DNA of 64,000 bases, from the NCBI GenBank assembly GCA_030390025.1, contig JASTWF010000034.1:1116001-1180000 (forward strand), written 5' to 3'. Numbering within the stretch: position 1 is the first letter of the stretch; the number at the start of each line of letters is the position of its first letter. This document shows positions 11,870 to 24,400 of the stretch, piece after piece. A program made the translations under genes and the position numbers. The stretch is from Squalus acanthias. Taxonomy: Eukaryota. The notes under the pieces were generated by a model. It had not been told where the DNA came from and did not search any database. It saw only the letters and a list, made by a program, of their open reading frames with translations.

Positions 11870-12924
11870 ATCAGTGTCTAATGAGCCAGTCACGGACTGC
11901 CCTTGTAGTGGCAACATTGTGCGCCTCCCTCCCACGTTGGTGCTGCTGATTCTCCTCCTCCTCCTCCTCGCCCTCTTCCTCCTTCACCTCAGGTGATGCA
12001 CCAAATCTGGTGGCAATGGCTGGGTCCTCATGATTGAAATGTTATGAAGCATGCAGCACTCAACAATGGAGAGGAAACTCGCTCGGGAGATTGCTGCAGG
12101 GCTCCTCCTGAGTGGTCCAGACACTTGAACCGTTGTTTCAAGTCACCGGTCGTGTGCTCTATGAGGTTCCTGGTGGCGCTATGGCTCTCATTGTATTGCC
12201 ACTCGGCAGAGGTGTTGGGGTTATGCAGCGGTGTCATCAGCCAGGTCCTGAGTGGATAACCCTTGCTCCCGAGGAGCCATCCACTAGGTTGACACGATGG
12301 TAGGAAGAGGTCTGGCGCAGGATAAAGTTGTTGTCGTTGCTGCCAGGATAGAGGGCATTGACGGCGAGGATGAGCTGTCTATGGTCACAGACCAACTGGA
12401 CATTCAGAGAGTGGATGACCTTGTGGTTTCTGAAGACCTCTGAATTTACATGAGGTGCCCAAAATGACAGATGCATGCAGTCAAAGGCGCTCTGAACCAT
12501 GGGGAAGCCCGCTATCCTTGCAAAGCCACATGCACGTTCGTGCTGTTTGTCCTGGGTCATGGGAAGCGATGTGCTGGCGTCTCCTCTTCTACAAAGCCTT
12601 TGACACCTCTCAGAGGCAACAATGAACAGCGAACTGGGAGATATTCACTATGTCCCCAGTAGAAGCCTGAAAGGAACCGCTGACTTAGAAATTCAGAGCC
12701 ACTGTCACCCTCACTGCCATCGGCAGAGACGTCCTGGTCCTGAGCTGAGGCTGCAGATCTGGTTGCAGGAGGCTGCAGAGGTCAGTGACCACCTCCTTGC
12801 TGAAGTGCGGCCATTGGACACTCTGCTCCTCAGACAAATGGATATAGGAGGAGAATTGCTCCCTGAATACACTGGGAGGGTAAGGTCTCATGATGGCCCT
12901 ACTCCCTCTGGTCGCGTTTGCCAC
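11870..12924 (-). pseudogene. Harbinger (HARBI1-like) DDE transposase, disrupted
   Basis: Fragments [74 protein letters not shown] and an acidic tail; several stops and frameshifts. Confidence 0.85.
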
Positions 12925-13687
12925 TCTCTCTCTCTCTGCGCCTCTGCTGTCCCCAAGTTAGAGCGGCCCACATCGAAGCTTCTAAATATCGTTAGAAGGA
13001 AGGTGAAATAAAAATAACCCTCCAAATTGGTGCTCAGGACCCAAAACTCCTTCGGTGAGTGTCGAATCTCTCCAGACGTGTCTCAACCTGCATGTAACAA
13101 AAATGTTGCTGACAACAAACGGCAGGAGGCAACCGCTATTAAATCACGCTCCCCCAGCCACTTCCCGACTTGAAAACATTCCCCATCTACGTGTCGTTCC
13201 TAGCTGTAGGCGCTAAGGCAGGGGACGCGGCTCAATTTTCAGTCCGGGGCATTACCGGGGCGTTGCATGCTCGACTGATGTCACGATCTGCAGGCGCATG
13301 AGATCGTGGCGGCAGTGTTCAGTGCCAGCGCAAAATGTCTAGTCAATTTCGTGAGCGGCGCTAAAATAGCAGCGCTCGGGCGCTAAGCGCCTATCGCCCC
13401 GTTTCCCCTCCCCCCCCCCCCGAAAGTGCTCAGGGGAGCTGCTAACCAACCGACTTTTCCCCCCATGATTATCTGTGTTTCTCTCTTTGTCGTTCCCCAT
13501 CCCATCCGCGCTGCTGTCAGCTATTGATTCTGAAGGTGATTTCGTTAAACCAAGATTCAAATGTTCAACTCAAGTAAATTTATTGGAGGTGACACTTTAT
13601 TTAACGAATTTCAGTCTACTACCTACACTGGACATTAGTATCAGATCAGATGAATGCTGTCTTGGTTTAGGAGACTTTTCACCTAAT

Positions 13688-13825
13688 GGCGAAAGGCCAT
13701 CGACCTGAAACGTTAACTCTGTTTCTCTCTCTGTCCAAAGATGCTGTCTGACCCGCTGAGTATTTCCATCATTTTCTGTTTTCATTTCAGATTTCCAGAA
13801 TCCGCAGTATTTTGCTTTTGTTTTC
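13688..13825 (+). mobile_element. Penelope-like element terminal fragment
   Basis: Matches the reverse complement of about 26798-26920 (gacctgaaacgttaactctg...ccgcagtattttgct). The hammerhead CUGAUGA core is missing here. Confidence 0.7.
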
Positions 13826-15135
13826 ACCTTATGCTCGGTATGGATACTTACAGAGTCACAGGTACAAATCCTGGCAGATCACATCCACATCTTTAAATGT
13901 CTGAAATATCCGCTGATCATTCAGTTCCAGTCAGTGTCTCCTTTCCCACCCTCTCCAGTTCTGCATTATTGGCACTGCTTCTGATGGTTAAAGTAAGATT
14001 ACAAGGATAATTTACATTCTCACAAAACGTTAATTCAGACAGATTTCAATACATTTATTTCCAATCGTTGTTTTGAATTTACAATTGGATCCCATGCCCG
14101 TCTGTCACAGTTCAGTGGATCTGTCAGTGAGATCCAGAGTGATTCTCTATTGCCTCCTGCTGTACTTCAGGATAAACAATCCCAGCTGATTGTAACTGAA
14201 GTACTGAGGATAAGAAAATCCTTTGATATCTTCTCGTCTAATATTCTCTGCACAAGTTGGAAACAACAGGTGCAAAAGTACAAGGATAAATCTCTTCCAT
14301 TTGTGTTCAGATACTTTACAACAGCATTCGGCGGCACTTTGCCTGTGGGTTAAGTCGTCTGATTTCGATGCTGATAAATGCATTTAGTGGGACATTACCT
14401 GGTCAATCATCACTATTTACTTTAATTCAGAATCCATTATTTGCAATGTTACTTGGCAAATCTTCCTTTCAATGATTTAGAATTTGTGTATTTCAACAAA
14501 AATGCAGAAAACTCAATCTTTAAAACATATCTGATAGCCCAGTTATCTTTGTAACTGCAGTGCCCTTGTATTTATTATCTTAGCATTGTCGTATTACATC
14601 AGTACATTTTACTTACAATTGTCTGTAACTATTGCATGCGAAGGTTGCAGTTTCTGTACTTTGCTGTTGCATTCATTTTCAGTTCTAAATAGAATGGATA
14701 TTCTAACCAAGAGCAGGAATCCAAGCGGGATTTCCCCCTCCCTAACACAGGGGCACAGAAGCGAACTGCACCGCTCCAAATGCTGACTGATCCCGGGACA
14801 CGAAGGCTTCCTGAGAGGGTCTGGTCCTTTGTGTCCCTGATACCTCGGGCGGTGCTTTTGTCTGCTGGGCTAAATTTAGATCGATCATTTAATCTTTCCT
14901 TGATCAAACATCTGTTAATTTCATATTGTATTTATTCCCATTTCAGTTACTGATTCCACAATGTATTCCCGATTATTCTTACAATAAGCCCTGTATTCAG
15001 CTCTACAGGTAATAGGATTAGATTTTATCATTCAATGTCGGTTAGAGTTGCAGATTTCACCCCGAATTCCCTCAAACTGCTGCTTTTGCTCCCAGCCTGA
15101 TGAATAATTTCCCTGTTTATTTCCCTTCCTCACAG

Positions 15136-16038
15136 TAAACTTAGTGACAATTGTGATCCTGTCTCGGGGAAAGTGTGGACTCTCCAAATGTGTCACTCGC
15201 TACCTGGTGGCCATGGCAGCGGCGGATCTACTGGTCGTTATCCTCGACCTGACATTGAGGCACATTCCGATTAGTTATTGGGAACAGTTTATTTTCGTGG
15301 TGTCTATCCGCGTGTGTAATATCCACGCCGTCCTGCTGTTTGCAGCATCAGACTGTTCTGTCTGGTTCACCGTCACTTTCACCTTTGATCGATTTGTGGC
15401 CATTTGTTGCCAGAAGCTGAAAACTAAATATTGCACCGAGAAAACGGCGGCTGTGGTTCTGGGAACAGTGACTGTGCTGAGCGGTTTAAAGAACATCATC
15501 TGGTATTTTATGTTCACAGGTCGGTATTTGCTTTAGGAACGACCCCTGGTTTTGTGATGTCACAGAGGATATTCAGAGGTCACGGGTTTGGGGATCAATC
15601 GAGTTCCTTCATTATATTCTCACCCCGTGTGTCCCATTTGTGGTGATTCTGCTGCTCAATGCTGTCACCGTCAGACACATTTTAGTGGCCAGCAGAGCCC
15701 GCAGGAGACTCCGGGGTCCCAGCAGTGGGGAGAGTCCCAGAGACCCAGAGATGGAGAGTCGCAGGAAATCCATCATTTTACTGCTTGTTATTTCCGGGAA
15801 TTTCATCATTTTATGGGCAGTGTTTATGGTGTTTTCTATATGTAACCGGATGCAGCTTTTAAGGAATAAGGCTATTTATATACCGCATTATGTAATGGAA
15901 CTGGGATTCATGCTGCAGCTGCTGAGTTGCTGCACAAACACTGGGATTTACGCCGTGACCCAGACTAAGTTTAGACAGCAGTTGAAAAAAGTGGGGAAAT
16001 ATCCCTTTACTCTGATTGTAAAATTCATTAAAGGATGA
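15136..16038 (+). pseudogene. Exon 2 of class A GPCR, GPR139/GPR142-like (paralogue A), 1-bp frameshift
   Basis: Acceptor ttcccttcctcacAG, phase 1. Translates as NLVTIVILSRGKCGLSKCVTRYLVAMAAADLL...TFDRFVAIC...TNTGIYAVTQ. Removing one T from 15532-15534 fuses ORFs 15144..15536 and 15640..16038 through RNDPWFC...ILTPCVPF. Confidence 0.85.
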
Positions 16039-16096
16039 GAAGAAGCGGAGAATTTGCAGCCCAAGAGTTGATAGTTCACAGGGTCTCATATGTTGG

Positions 16097-17670
16097 TGCC
16101 CCGCCCAAAGATGGCGGCTCCGGGGCCCCGCACAAAGATGGTGGCATCGGCGCCCCGCACAACAATGGCGGCTCTGGGGCACAGCACAAAGATGGCAGCT
16201 CCGCATAAAAATGGCGACTCTGGTTACTGCACAAAAATGGCGGCTCCGGGGCCCCGCACAATGATGGCGGCTCTGGGGATCCGCACAAAGATGGCGGCTC
16301 TGGACCACCCACAAAGATGGCGGCTCTGGGTCCTGCACTAAGATGGCGGCTCTGGGGAACAACAAAAACATGGCGGCTCTGGGGTTCCGCAAAAAGTTGG
16401 CGGTTCTGGGACCCCGCACGAGGATGGCGGCTTTGGGGCCCAGCACAAAGATGGCGGCTCTGTAGACTCCCGCCAAAAAATGGCGGGCGACGGGCCCGCA
16501 CAAAAATTGCGGTTCTGGGGCCCAGCACAAAGATGGCTGCTCCGGGTCCCATACAAAAATGGCGGCTCCGGGGCCCAGCACAAAGATGGCGGCTCCGGGG
16601 CCCAGCACAAAGATGGCGGCTCCGGGGCCCAGCACAAAGATGGCGGCTTCGCGGCCCCGCACAAAGATGGCGGCTCCGGGGCCCCGCACAACAATGGCGG
16701 CTCTGGGGCTCCGCAGAAAAATGGCGGCTCCTGAGCCCCGCACAAATATGGCGGCTCCGTGCCCAGCACAAAAATGGTGGCTCCGGGGCACCGCACAATA
16801 ATGGCGGCGCCTGCGCCGGACTGAAAAATGGTGGCTCTGTAGCCCCGCACAAAGATGGTTGCTCTGGGGACCCAACAAAATGGCGGCTCTAGGGCCCCGC
16901 ACAAAGATGGCGGCTCTGGGGTTCCGCAAAAAGTTGGCGGCTCTGCAGACCCCCGCCCAAAAATGGCGGGTCTGGGGCCCCGCACAAAGATGGAGGCTCT
17001 GGGGACCCGCTCAAAGAATGCGGCTCTGGGGCCCAGCACAAAGATGGCGGCACCGGGGCCCAGAACAAACATGGCGGCTCTGGGGCCCAGCTCAAAGATG
17101 GCGGCTCCGGGGCCCAGCACAAAAATGGTGGCTCCGGGGACCAGCACAAAGATGGCGGCTCCGGGGCCCCGCACAACAGTGGCGACTCTGGGGCCACGCA
17201 CAAAGATGGCGGCTCCGGGTCCCCGCAAAAATATGGCGGCTCCGCGGCCCCGAACAAAGATGGCGGCGCTGGGGCACAGCACAAGTATGGCGGCTCCGTG
17301 CCAAGCACAAAGATGGCGGCTCCGGGGCTCCGCACAAAAATGGCGGCTCCTGCGGCGGACTGAAAGATGGCGGCTCTGGAGCCACGCACAAAAATGGTGG
17401 CTCTGGGGCCCGAACAAAGATGGCGGCTCTGCGGCCCCGCACAAAGATGGCAGCTCTGGGGCCCTGCACAAAGATGGCAGCTCTGGGGCCCCACACGATG
17501 ATGGCGGCACAGGGGACACCCACAAAGATGGCGGCTCTGGGGCCCCACACGATGATGGCGGCACAGGGGACACCCACAAAGATGGCGGCTCTGGGGCCCC
17601 GCACAAAGATGGTGGCTCCTGGGCCCCGCACAAGGATTGCGGCTCTGGGGCCCCGCACAAGGATTGCGGC
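16097..17670 (+). repeat. GC/CpG-rich 27-28-bp minisatellite (about 55-60 units), most units carrying AA(G/A)ATGGCGGC
   Basis: Unit gcacaaagatggcggctccggggcccc; it produces spurious ORFs in all six frames. Confidence 0.9.
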
Positions 17671-17979
17671 AGTCACTCGGGGTCTTTCCCTGGCGGCGGG
17701 CGGCGAGTGTCTGGATGGCGGGAGCAGTTGGAGTCCCGGTTACTGTCAGAGCGAGCGTCGAGAGCAGCCTGCCCGGCACGGCCCACAGGACCCCGAGCAG
17801 CCCAGCACGGGGAGGAGCTGGCCCGGCACCAAGACTTTATTAGTCATTATAACACTTTAAAATCATTGCACCACTTTACAGATCTTTTATAACCCTTTAT
17901 AAATCATTATGACCATTAATAAAACATTATGAAGCGTTTTCAATCATTATGACACTTAATAAATCATTTTTATACCTAA

Positions 17980-18392
17980 TTCTTGGGATGTGGGCGTCGC
18001 TGACGAGGCCAGCATTTATTGCCCATCCCTAATTGCCATTGAGCGGGTGGTGGTGAGCCAGCTGAGACAAGTAAAATGTCTTGACGGGCCAATTCAGAGG
18101 CCAGGTAAGAGTCAACCACATTGCAGTGGGTCTGGAGTCACATTTCTGCCAGACCAGGTAAGGACAGCAGATTTCCTTCCCGAAAGACATTAGTGAACCA
18201 GATGGGATTTTACGACAATCCGGTACTTTCATTGTCACCATTATTGACACAAGCATTTAATTCCAGATTTGTTTAATTAATTGAATTTAATTTCCCCCAG
18301 CATTTGGGATTTGAACACATGTCTCTGGATCATATGTCCAGTCATCTGGTATTAACTAGTTCAGCAACATAACTACTATGCAATTGTACCCA
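17980..18392 (-). mobile_element. tRNA-derived SINE with a LINE-derived tail
   Basis: The tail (gcatttattgcccatccctaattgc...gtggtggtgagcc) is shared with the LINE 3' end at about 49580-49670; B-box-like gggatttgaac at about 18306. Confidence 0.6.
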
Positions 18393-18399
18393 TCAAATA

Positions 18400-18590
18400 T
18401 ATCGCCGTTCTTTCATCGTCACTGGGTCATAAGCTTGAAAATCCTTCAGTAACAGTATTGTGGGAGCACCTTCACCACACGGACTGCAGCGGCTCAAGAT
18501 GAAGGCCCACCATTTTCTCATGGGTAACTAGGGATGGACAAGTGAAACCAACCTTGACAGCATCACCCCTAGCCTGAGAACAAATACATC
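18400..18590 (+). mobile_element. LINE 3' end (same family as 49578-51248)
   Basis: gtgggagcaccttcaccacacggactgcagcgg...ctagggatgg is the reverse complement of about 49620-49700. Confidence 0.6.
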
Positions 18591-18839
18591 GAAATAATAA
18601 AATAGGATTCAAATCAATGATTTTATAATTCATTGATTGAAACCAGATGAGGCCTGTGATCAGAGCGGGGCGTCAAGTACGCTAAACAAATTGTCAACAC
18701 CATTTGGATCTCCAATTCTATCGTTGTATGATTGATACTACTCACAGTTTCCTAATTTCCCAATCATTACGAAAGGTGCTTGATAAAGTATCAGATAATA
18801 CCAAAATTGAAGCCCATGGGATTAAAGTGGCAGTGACAA

Positions 18840-21373
18840 CAGGGTGTGGTGTGGGGTGTATCAGTATGTAAGAGAGAATTACATTGAGGGATGTATCAGA
18901 GTGTTACAATGAGGGGTGTGCGGTTTACCAGAGAGTTACAGTGAGGTGTGTGGGGTTCATCATAGTGTTACAGTGAGGGTTGTGGGGTGTATCAGGGTGT
19001 TACAGTGAGGGGGTTGGTGTATATCAGTGTGTTACAGTGAGGGGTGTGGGGTTTATCATAGTGTTACAGTGAGGTGTGTGGGGTGTATCAGAGTATTACA
19101 GTGATGGGGTTGGTGTACATCCGAGAGTTACAATGAGGGGTGTGGGGTTTATCAGCGTGTTACAGTGAGGTGTGTGGGGTACATCAGAGTGTTAAAGTGA
19201 GGTGTGTGCAGTATATCAGAGTGTAACAGTGTGGGGGTTGGGGAATATCAGAGTGTTGCAGCGAGGAATGTGAGGTAAATCAGAGAGTTAAGGTGAGGTG
19301 TGTGCTGTATATCAGGCTGTTACAGTGAGGGGTGTGGGGATTATCAGCATGTTGCAGTGAGGTGTGTGGGGTATATCATAGTGTTACCGTAAACGGTGTG
19401 GGGTATATCAGTGTGTTACATTGGTGTTTTTTGTGTGTATCAAAGTGTTACAGCGAGAAGTGTGCGGTATATCTAAGCATTACAGTGGGGGGTATATCAG
19501 AGCATTACAGTGAGGGGTGTGGGGTATATCAGAGCATTACAGTGAGGGGTGTGGGGTATATCTGATTGTTAAAGTGAGGTGAGTGGGGTATATTGGTCTG
19601 TTACAGTGAGAGGTTTGGAATATGTAAGGGAGGATTAAAGTAAGGGGTATATCATAGTGGTACAGAGAGGTGCGTGTGGTATATCAGTGTGTTACTGTAA
19701 GGGATGTGTGGGGTATAGCAGAGTTATAGTCAGGGGCGTGGGTTTATATCAGAGTGCTACAGTGAGGGGTGTTGGGTATATCGATATTTACAGTGAGGGG
19801 TGTGTGGGGTATATCAGAAGTTTTAATCAGGGGATTGGATTTACATCAAAGATCTACAGTGAGGGGTGTGGGGTACATCAGAGTAATACAATGAGCGGTT
19901 TTGGGTATATCAGAGTGTTACATTGAGAGGTGTGGTGTATAACAGAGTGTTACAATCAGGGGTGTGGGTTTATATGAGTGTTTTACATTGAAGGGTGTCG
20001 GATATATCAGAGTGTTACAGCGAGGGATATGGAGTATATCACAGAGTGTTACAGTGAGGGGCGTGGGGTAAATCAGAGTAATACAATGAGCGGTGTTGGG
20101 TATATCAGAGTGTTACAGTGAGAGGTGTAGAGTATAACAGTGTGTTACAGTGAGGGGTGTGGGGTACATCACAGTAATACAATGAGCAGAGTTGGGTTAA
20201 TTAACACAGTGTTACAGTGAGAGGTGTGGTGTATAACGGAGTGTTACAGTCAGGGGTGTGGGTTTATATCATTGTGTTACATTGAGGGGTGTTGGGTATA
20301 TCAGAGTGTTACAGTGAGGGGTATGGAGTATATCAGAGTGTTACAGTGAGGGGTGTGGAGTATATCAGAGAGTGTTACAGTGAGGGGTATGGAGTATATC
20401 AGAGAGTGTTACAGTGAGGTGTGTGGGGTAAAACGGTGTGTTACAGTGAGAGGTTTAAGAACATAAGAACGGAAGAAATAGGAGCAGGAGTAGGCCATTC
20501 GGCCCCTTGAGCCTGCTCCACCATTCAATGACATCATGGCTGATTTTCTGTCTCAATTCCTTTCACCGGCCTTATCTCGATATCCCTTGATGCCCTTACT
20601 AGTCGGAAATCTATCGACTTCTGTTTTGAATATATTCAATGACTGAGCCTCCACAGCCCTCTGGGGCTGAGAATTCCAAAGATTCACCATCCTCTGTGTG
20701 AAGAAATGTCTTTATTAGAGTTAGATATATTTCTTAAGGCTAAGGGGATCAAGGGATATGAGGAGAAGGCAGGTACAGGGTACTGAATTTGGATGATCAG
20801 CCATGATCGCATTAAATGGCGGAGCAGGCTCGAGGGGCCGAATTGCCTACTCCTGCTCCTATCTTCTATGATTCTATGTTTCTATGCTTCTCATCTCAGT
20901 CCTGAATGGCCTACCCTTTATCATAAGGCTGTGGCCCCTGGTTCTAGACTCCCCAACCAAGGGAAACATTCTCCCAGCATCCAACCTATCAAGCACTGTA
21001 ATAATTGTTTATGCTACAAAGAGATCCCCTCTCATTCCTCTGAATTCAAGAGAACACAGGACTAGTTTACTTAATCTCTTCTCATATGACAGTCCCGTCT
21101 TCCCAGGAATCAATCTCGTGAACCTTCGTTGCACTCCCTCTATGGCAAGTATATCCTTCCTTAGGTAAAGAAACCAAAATTGTACACAGTACTCCAGGTG
21201 TGGTCTCACCAAGGCCCTATATAATAGGAGGAAGACTTCTTTACTCCTGTACTCAAATCTTCTTGTAATGAAGGCCAGCATACCATTTGCCTTCCTTGGG
21301 GTATGTAAAAGAGTGTTACAATCAGGAGTGTGGGTTATATCAGAGTGTTGCAGTGAGAGGTGTGTGGTTTATC
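18840..21373 (+). repeat. 32-bp GT-rich minisatellite (about 50 copies), interrupted by CR1
   Basis: Unit gtgttacagtgaggggtgtggggtatatcaga. The array resumes at about 21297-21373 after the CR1, and briefly at about 26666-26684. Confidence 0.9.
20457..21295 (-). mobile_element. CR1 3' fragment with a nested plus-strand CR1 tail (about 20712-20886)
   Basis: aagaacataagaac tail, ORF 21009..21281, and an internal opposite-strand 3' UTR. Confidence 0.85.
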
Positions 21374-21420
21374 TGTGAAAGTATAAGCCATATAACCTAT
21401 TCAGAAAAATACACCATTCT

Positions 21421-24400
21421 ATCAAAGAAGAGTAACACAAGGTTACACTGCAGTAGCAGTAAATTGGCACAGCAAGCAGTGGAAACCAGTTTTCTAATCA
21501 ATCAGCAGGAGTGACTCATTTGGCTGTAAACAAACAGTAAAAAAGACCAGTGTGAGGGCGAGCCAGCACTGAGTGCAAGTCAGCAGAGGGTGCTGTGAGT
21601 TTGGGTAAGTGGGAGTAGTTCTTTAATTGTTAGTTCTCTTTAAATCAGTCTTGATAAGAGTACTTAAGCAGTTTAAGTGAAGGGGAAAAGTTAACTATTT
21701 GGGTTTCTGTTGGTTGAAGAAGAGTAAAACAAGGTTACACTGCAGTAGCAGTAAATTGGCACAGCAAGCAGTGCAAACCAGTTTTCTATTCAATCAGCAG
21801 GGGTCAAAGTCAGAGGGCGGGGCCAATTCATTGGTACCCGTATATAGGTGGAGCTGTTGCTTCCAGTGTCCCTGACAACCATGTGTGCAGGAAGTGCGTC
21901 CAGCTGCAGCTCCTGACGGACCTCATGGCGGCACTGGAGCTGCGGATGGACTAACTCTGGAGCATCCACGATGCCGAGAACTTTGTGGATTACTCATTTA
22001 GTGAGTTGAACACACCGCGGGTAAAGGCTAGGTCAGACAGTAAATGGGTGACCAAGAGGCAGGGCAATATCAGGAAGGTAGTGCAGGAGTCCCCTGCGGT
22101 CGTCTCCCTCCAAAACAGATATACCGTTTTGGATACTGTTGGGGGAAATGACCTACAAGGGGAAGGCTCCAGCAGCCCATTCATGGCACCATAGCTGGCT
22201 CTGCTGCACAGCAGGTGGGGAAAAAGAGTGGTAGAGCTATAGTGATAGGGGACTCAATTGTAAGGGGAATAGACAGGAGTTTCTGTGGCCGCAACCGAGA
22301 TTCCAGGATGGTATGTTGCCTCCCTGGTGCAAGGGTCAAGGATGTCTCGGAGCGGCTGCAGAACATTCTGGAAAGGGAGGGTGAAGAGTCAGCTGTCCTG
22401 GTGCATGTAGGTACCAACGATATAGGTAATAAGCGGGAAGAGGGCCTACAAGCAGAATTTAGGGAGCTAGGAGCTAAATTGAAAAGTAGGACCTCAAAGG
22501 TAGTAATCTCTGGGTTGCTACCAGTCCCACGTGCTAATCAGAGTAGCATGACCAGGATAGCGAGATTAAATACGTGGCTTGAGCAGTGGTGCAGGATTGA
22601 GGGATTCAAATACCTGAGGCATTGGAACCAGTTCTCGGGGAAGTGGGACCTGTACAAAAGGGACGGTCTGCACTTGGGCAGGACTGGAACCGATGTCCTC
22701 GGGGTAATATTTGCTAAGGCAGTTCGGGAGGATATAAACTAATATGGCAGGGGAATGGGAAACTATGTAGCGAAACAGGGGGAAGTAATATGCAGTCAGA
22801 AACAAATGTTAGAAGGGTGAGAAACAGTAAGGGGAATCCGAGTAAACAAAGGCAAGAAACACAAAGGGCCATACTAAATCATAAGTCTAAAAGGACAAAG
22901 GGTGTTAATAAAACAAGCCTAAAGGCTCTGTGTCTTAATGCAAGGAGTATCCGTAATAAAGTGGATGAATTGACTGTGAAAATTGATGTTAACGGATATG
23001 ATGTGATTGGGATTACAGAGACGTGGCTCCATAACAATCAAGGCTGGGAACTGAATATCCAGGGGTATTCAACATTCAGAAAGGATAGAATAAAAGGAAA
23101 AGGGGGTGGGGTAGCATTGCTGGTTAAAAAGGAGATTAATGCAATAGCTAGGAAGGACATTAGCTTGGAGGATGTGGAATCAATATGGGTTGAGCTGCAG
23201 AACACCAAAGGGCAGAAAACGTTAGTGGGGGTTGTGTACAGACCTCCAAACAGTAGTAGTGAGGTGGGGGAGGGTATGAAACAGGAAATCAGAGGTGCAT
23301 GCAAAAAAGGCGCAGCAGTTATCATGGGTGACTTTAATATGCATATAGATTGGGCTACTCAAACTGGAAGCAATACGGTGGAGGAGGATTTCCTGGAGTG
23401 TTTAAGGGATGGTTTCCTAAACCAATATGTTGAGGAACCAACTAGAGGGGAGGCCATCCTGGACTGGGTGTTGTGTAATGAGGAAGGACTAATCAGCAAT
23501 CTTGTGGTGCGAGGCCCCTTGGGGAAGAGTGACCATAGTATGATGGAGTTCTACATTAGGATGGAGAAGGAAACAGTTAATTCAGAGACCATGGTCCAGA
23601 ATTTAAATAAGGGCAACTTTGAGGGTATGAGGCGTGAATTGGCGATGTTAGATTGGCAAGCGATATTTAAGGGGTTATCAGTGGAAGGGCAATGGCAGAC
23701 ATTCAGAGATCGCATGGATGAACTACAGCAATTGTACATCCCTATCTGGCGTAAAAATAAAAAAGGGAAGGTGGCTCAACCATGGCTAACAAGGGAAATC
23801 AGGGATAGTATTAAAAGCAAGGAAGTGGCATACAAATTGGCCAGAAGTAGCAGCAAACCCGGGGACTGGGAGAACTTTAAAACTCAGCAGAGGAGGACGA
23901 AGGGTTTGATTAGGGCAGGGAAAATAAAATATGAAAGGAAGCTTGCGGAGAACATTAAAACGGACTGCAAAAGCTTCTATAAATATGTAAAAAGAAAGAG
24001 GTTAGTAAAAACAAACGTAGGTCCCCTGCAGTCAGAAACAGGGGAAGTCATAATGGGGAACAAAGAAATGGCAGATCAATTGAACAAGTACTTTGGTTCG
24101 GTGTTTACTGTGGAGGACACAAACAACCTTCCGGAAATAAAAGAGATCAAAGGATCTGGTAAGAGGGAGGAGCTGAGGGAAATCCTTATCTGTCGGGAAA
24201 AGGTGTTGGGGAAATTGATGGGACTGAAGGCTGATAAATCCCCAGGGCCTGATGGTCTGCATCCCAGAGTAATGAAGGAGGTGGCCTTGGAAATAGTGGA
24301 TGCATTGACGATCATTTTCCAACATTCTTTAGACTCTGGATCAGTTCCAAAGAAGTGGAGGGTGGCTAATGTAACCCCTCTTTTTAAAAAAGGAGGGAGG

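Larger units (their letters stand above)
9049..13464. mobile_element. PIF/Harbinger DNA transposon, near-complete but inactive
   Basis: Convergent Myb-like and DDE transposase genes, imperfect G-rich terminal inverted repeats, and an ATG 3-bp duplication at 9046-9048 and 13465-13467. The empty site restores the local exon-end repeat unit. Confidence 0.85.

Noticed and set aside
11870..12924. Domesticated HARBI1/NAIF1 host genes
   Set aside because: Multiple stops and frameshifts, and enclosure by inverted termini and a target duplication, indicate a dead transposon.
13830..15120. Short ORFs in the unique part of the GPCR intron
   Set aside because: No recognisable homology or convincing splice-bounded frame.
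15859..17892. Long ORFs (up to 440 aa) in all six frames
   Set aside because: By-product of a stop-poor GC-rich 27-bp repeat; no protein features.
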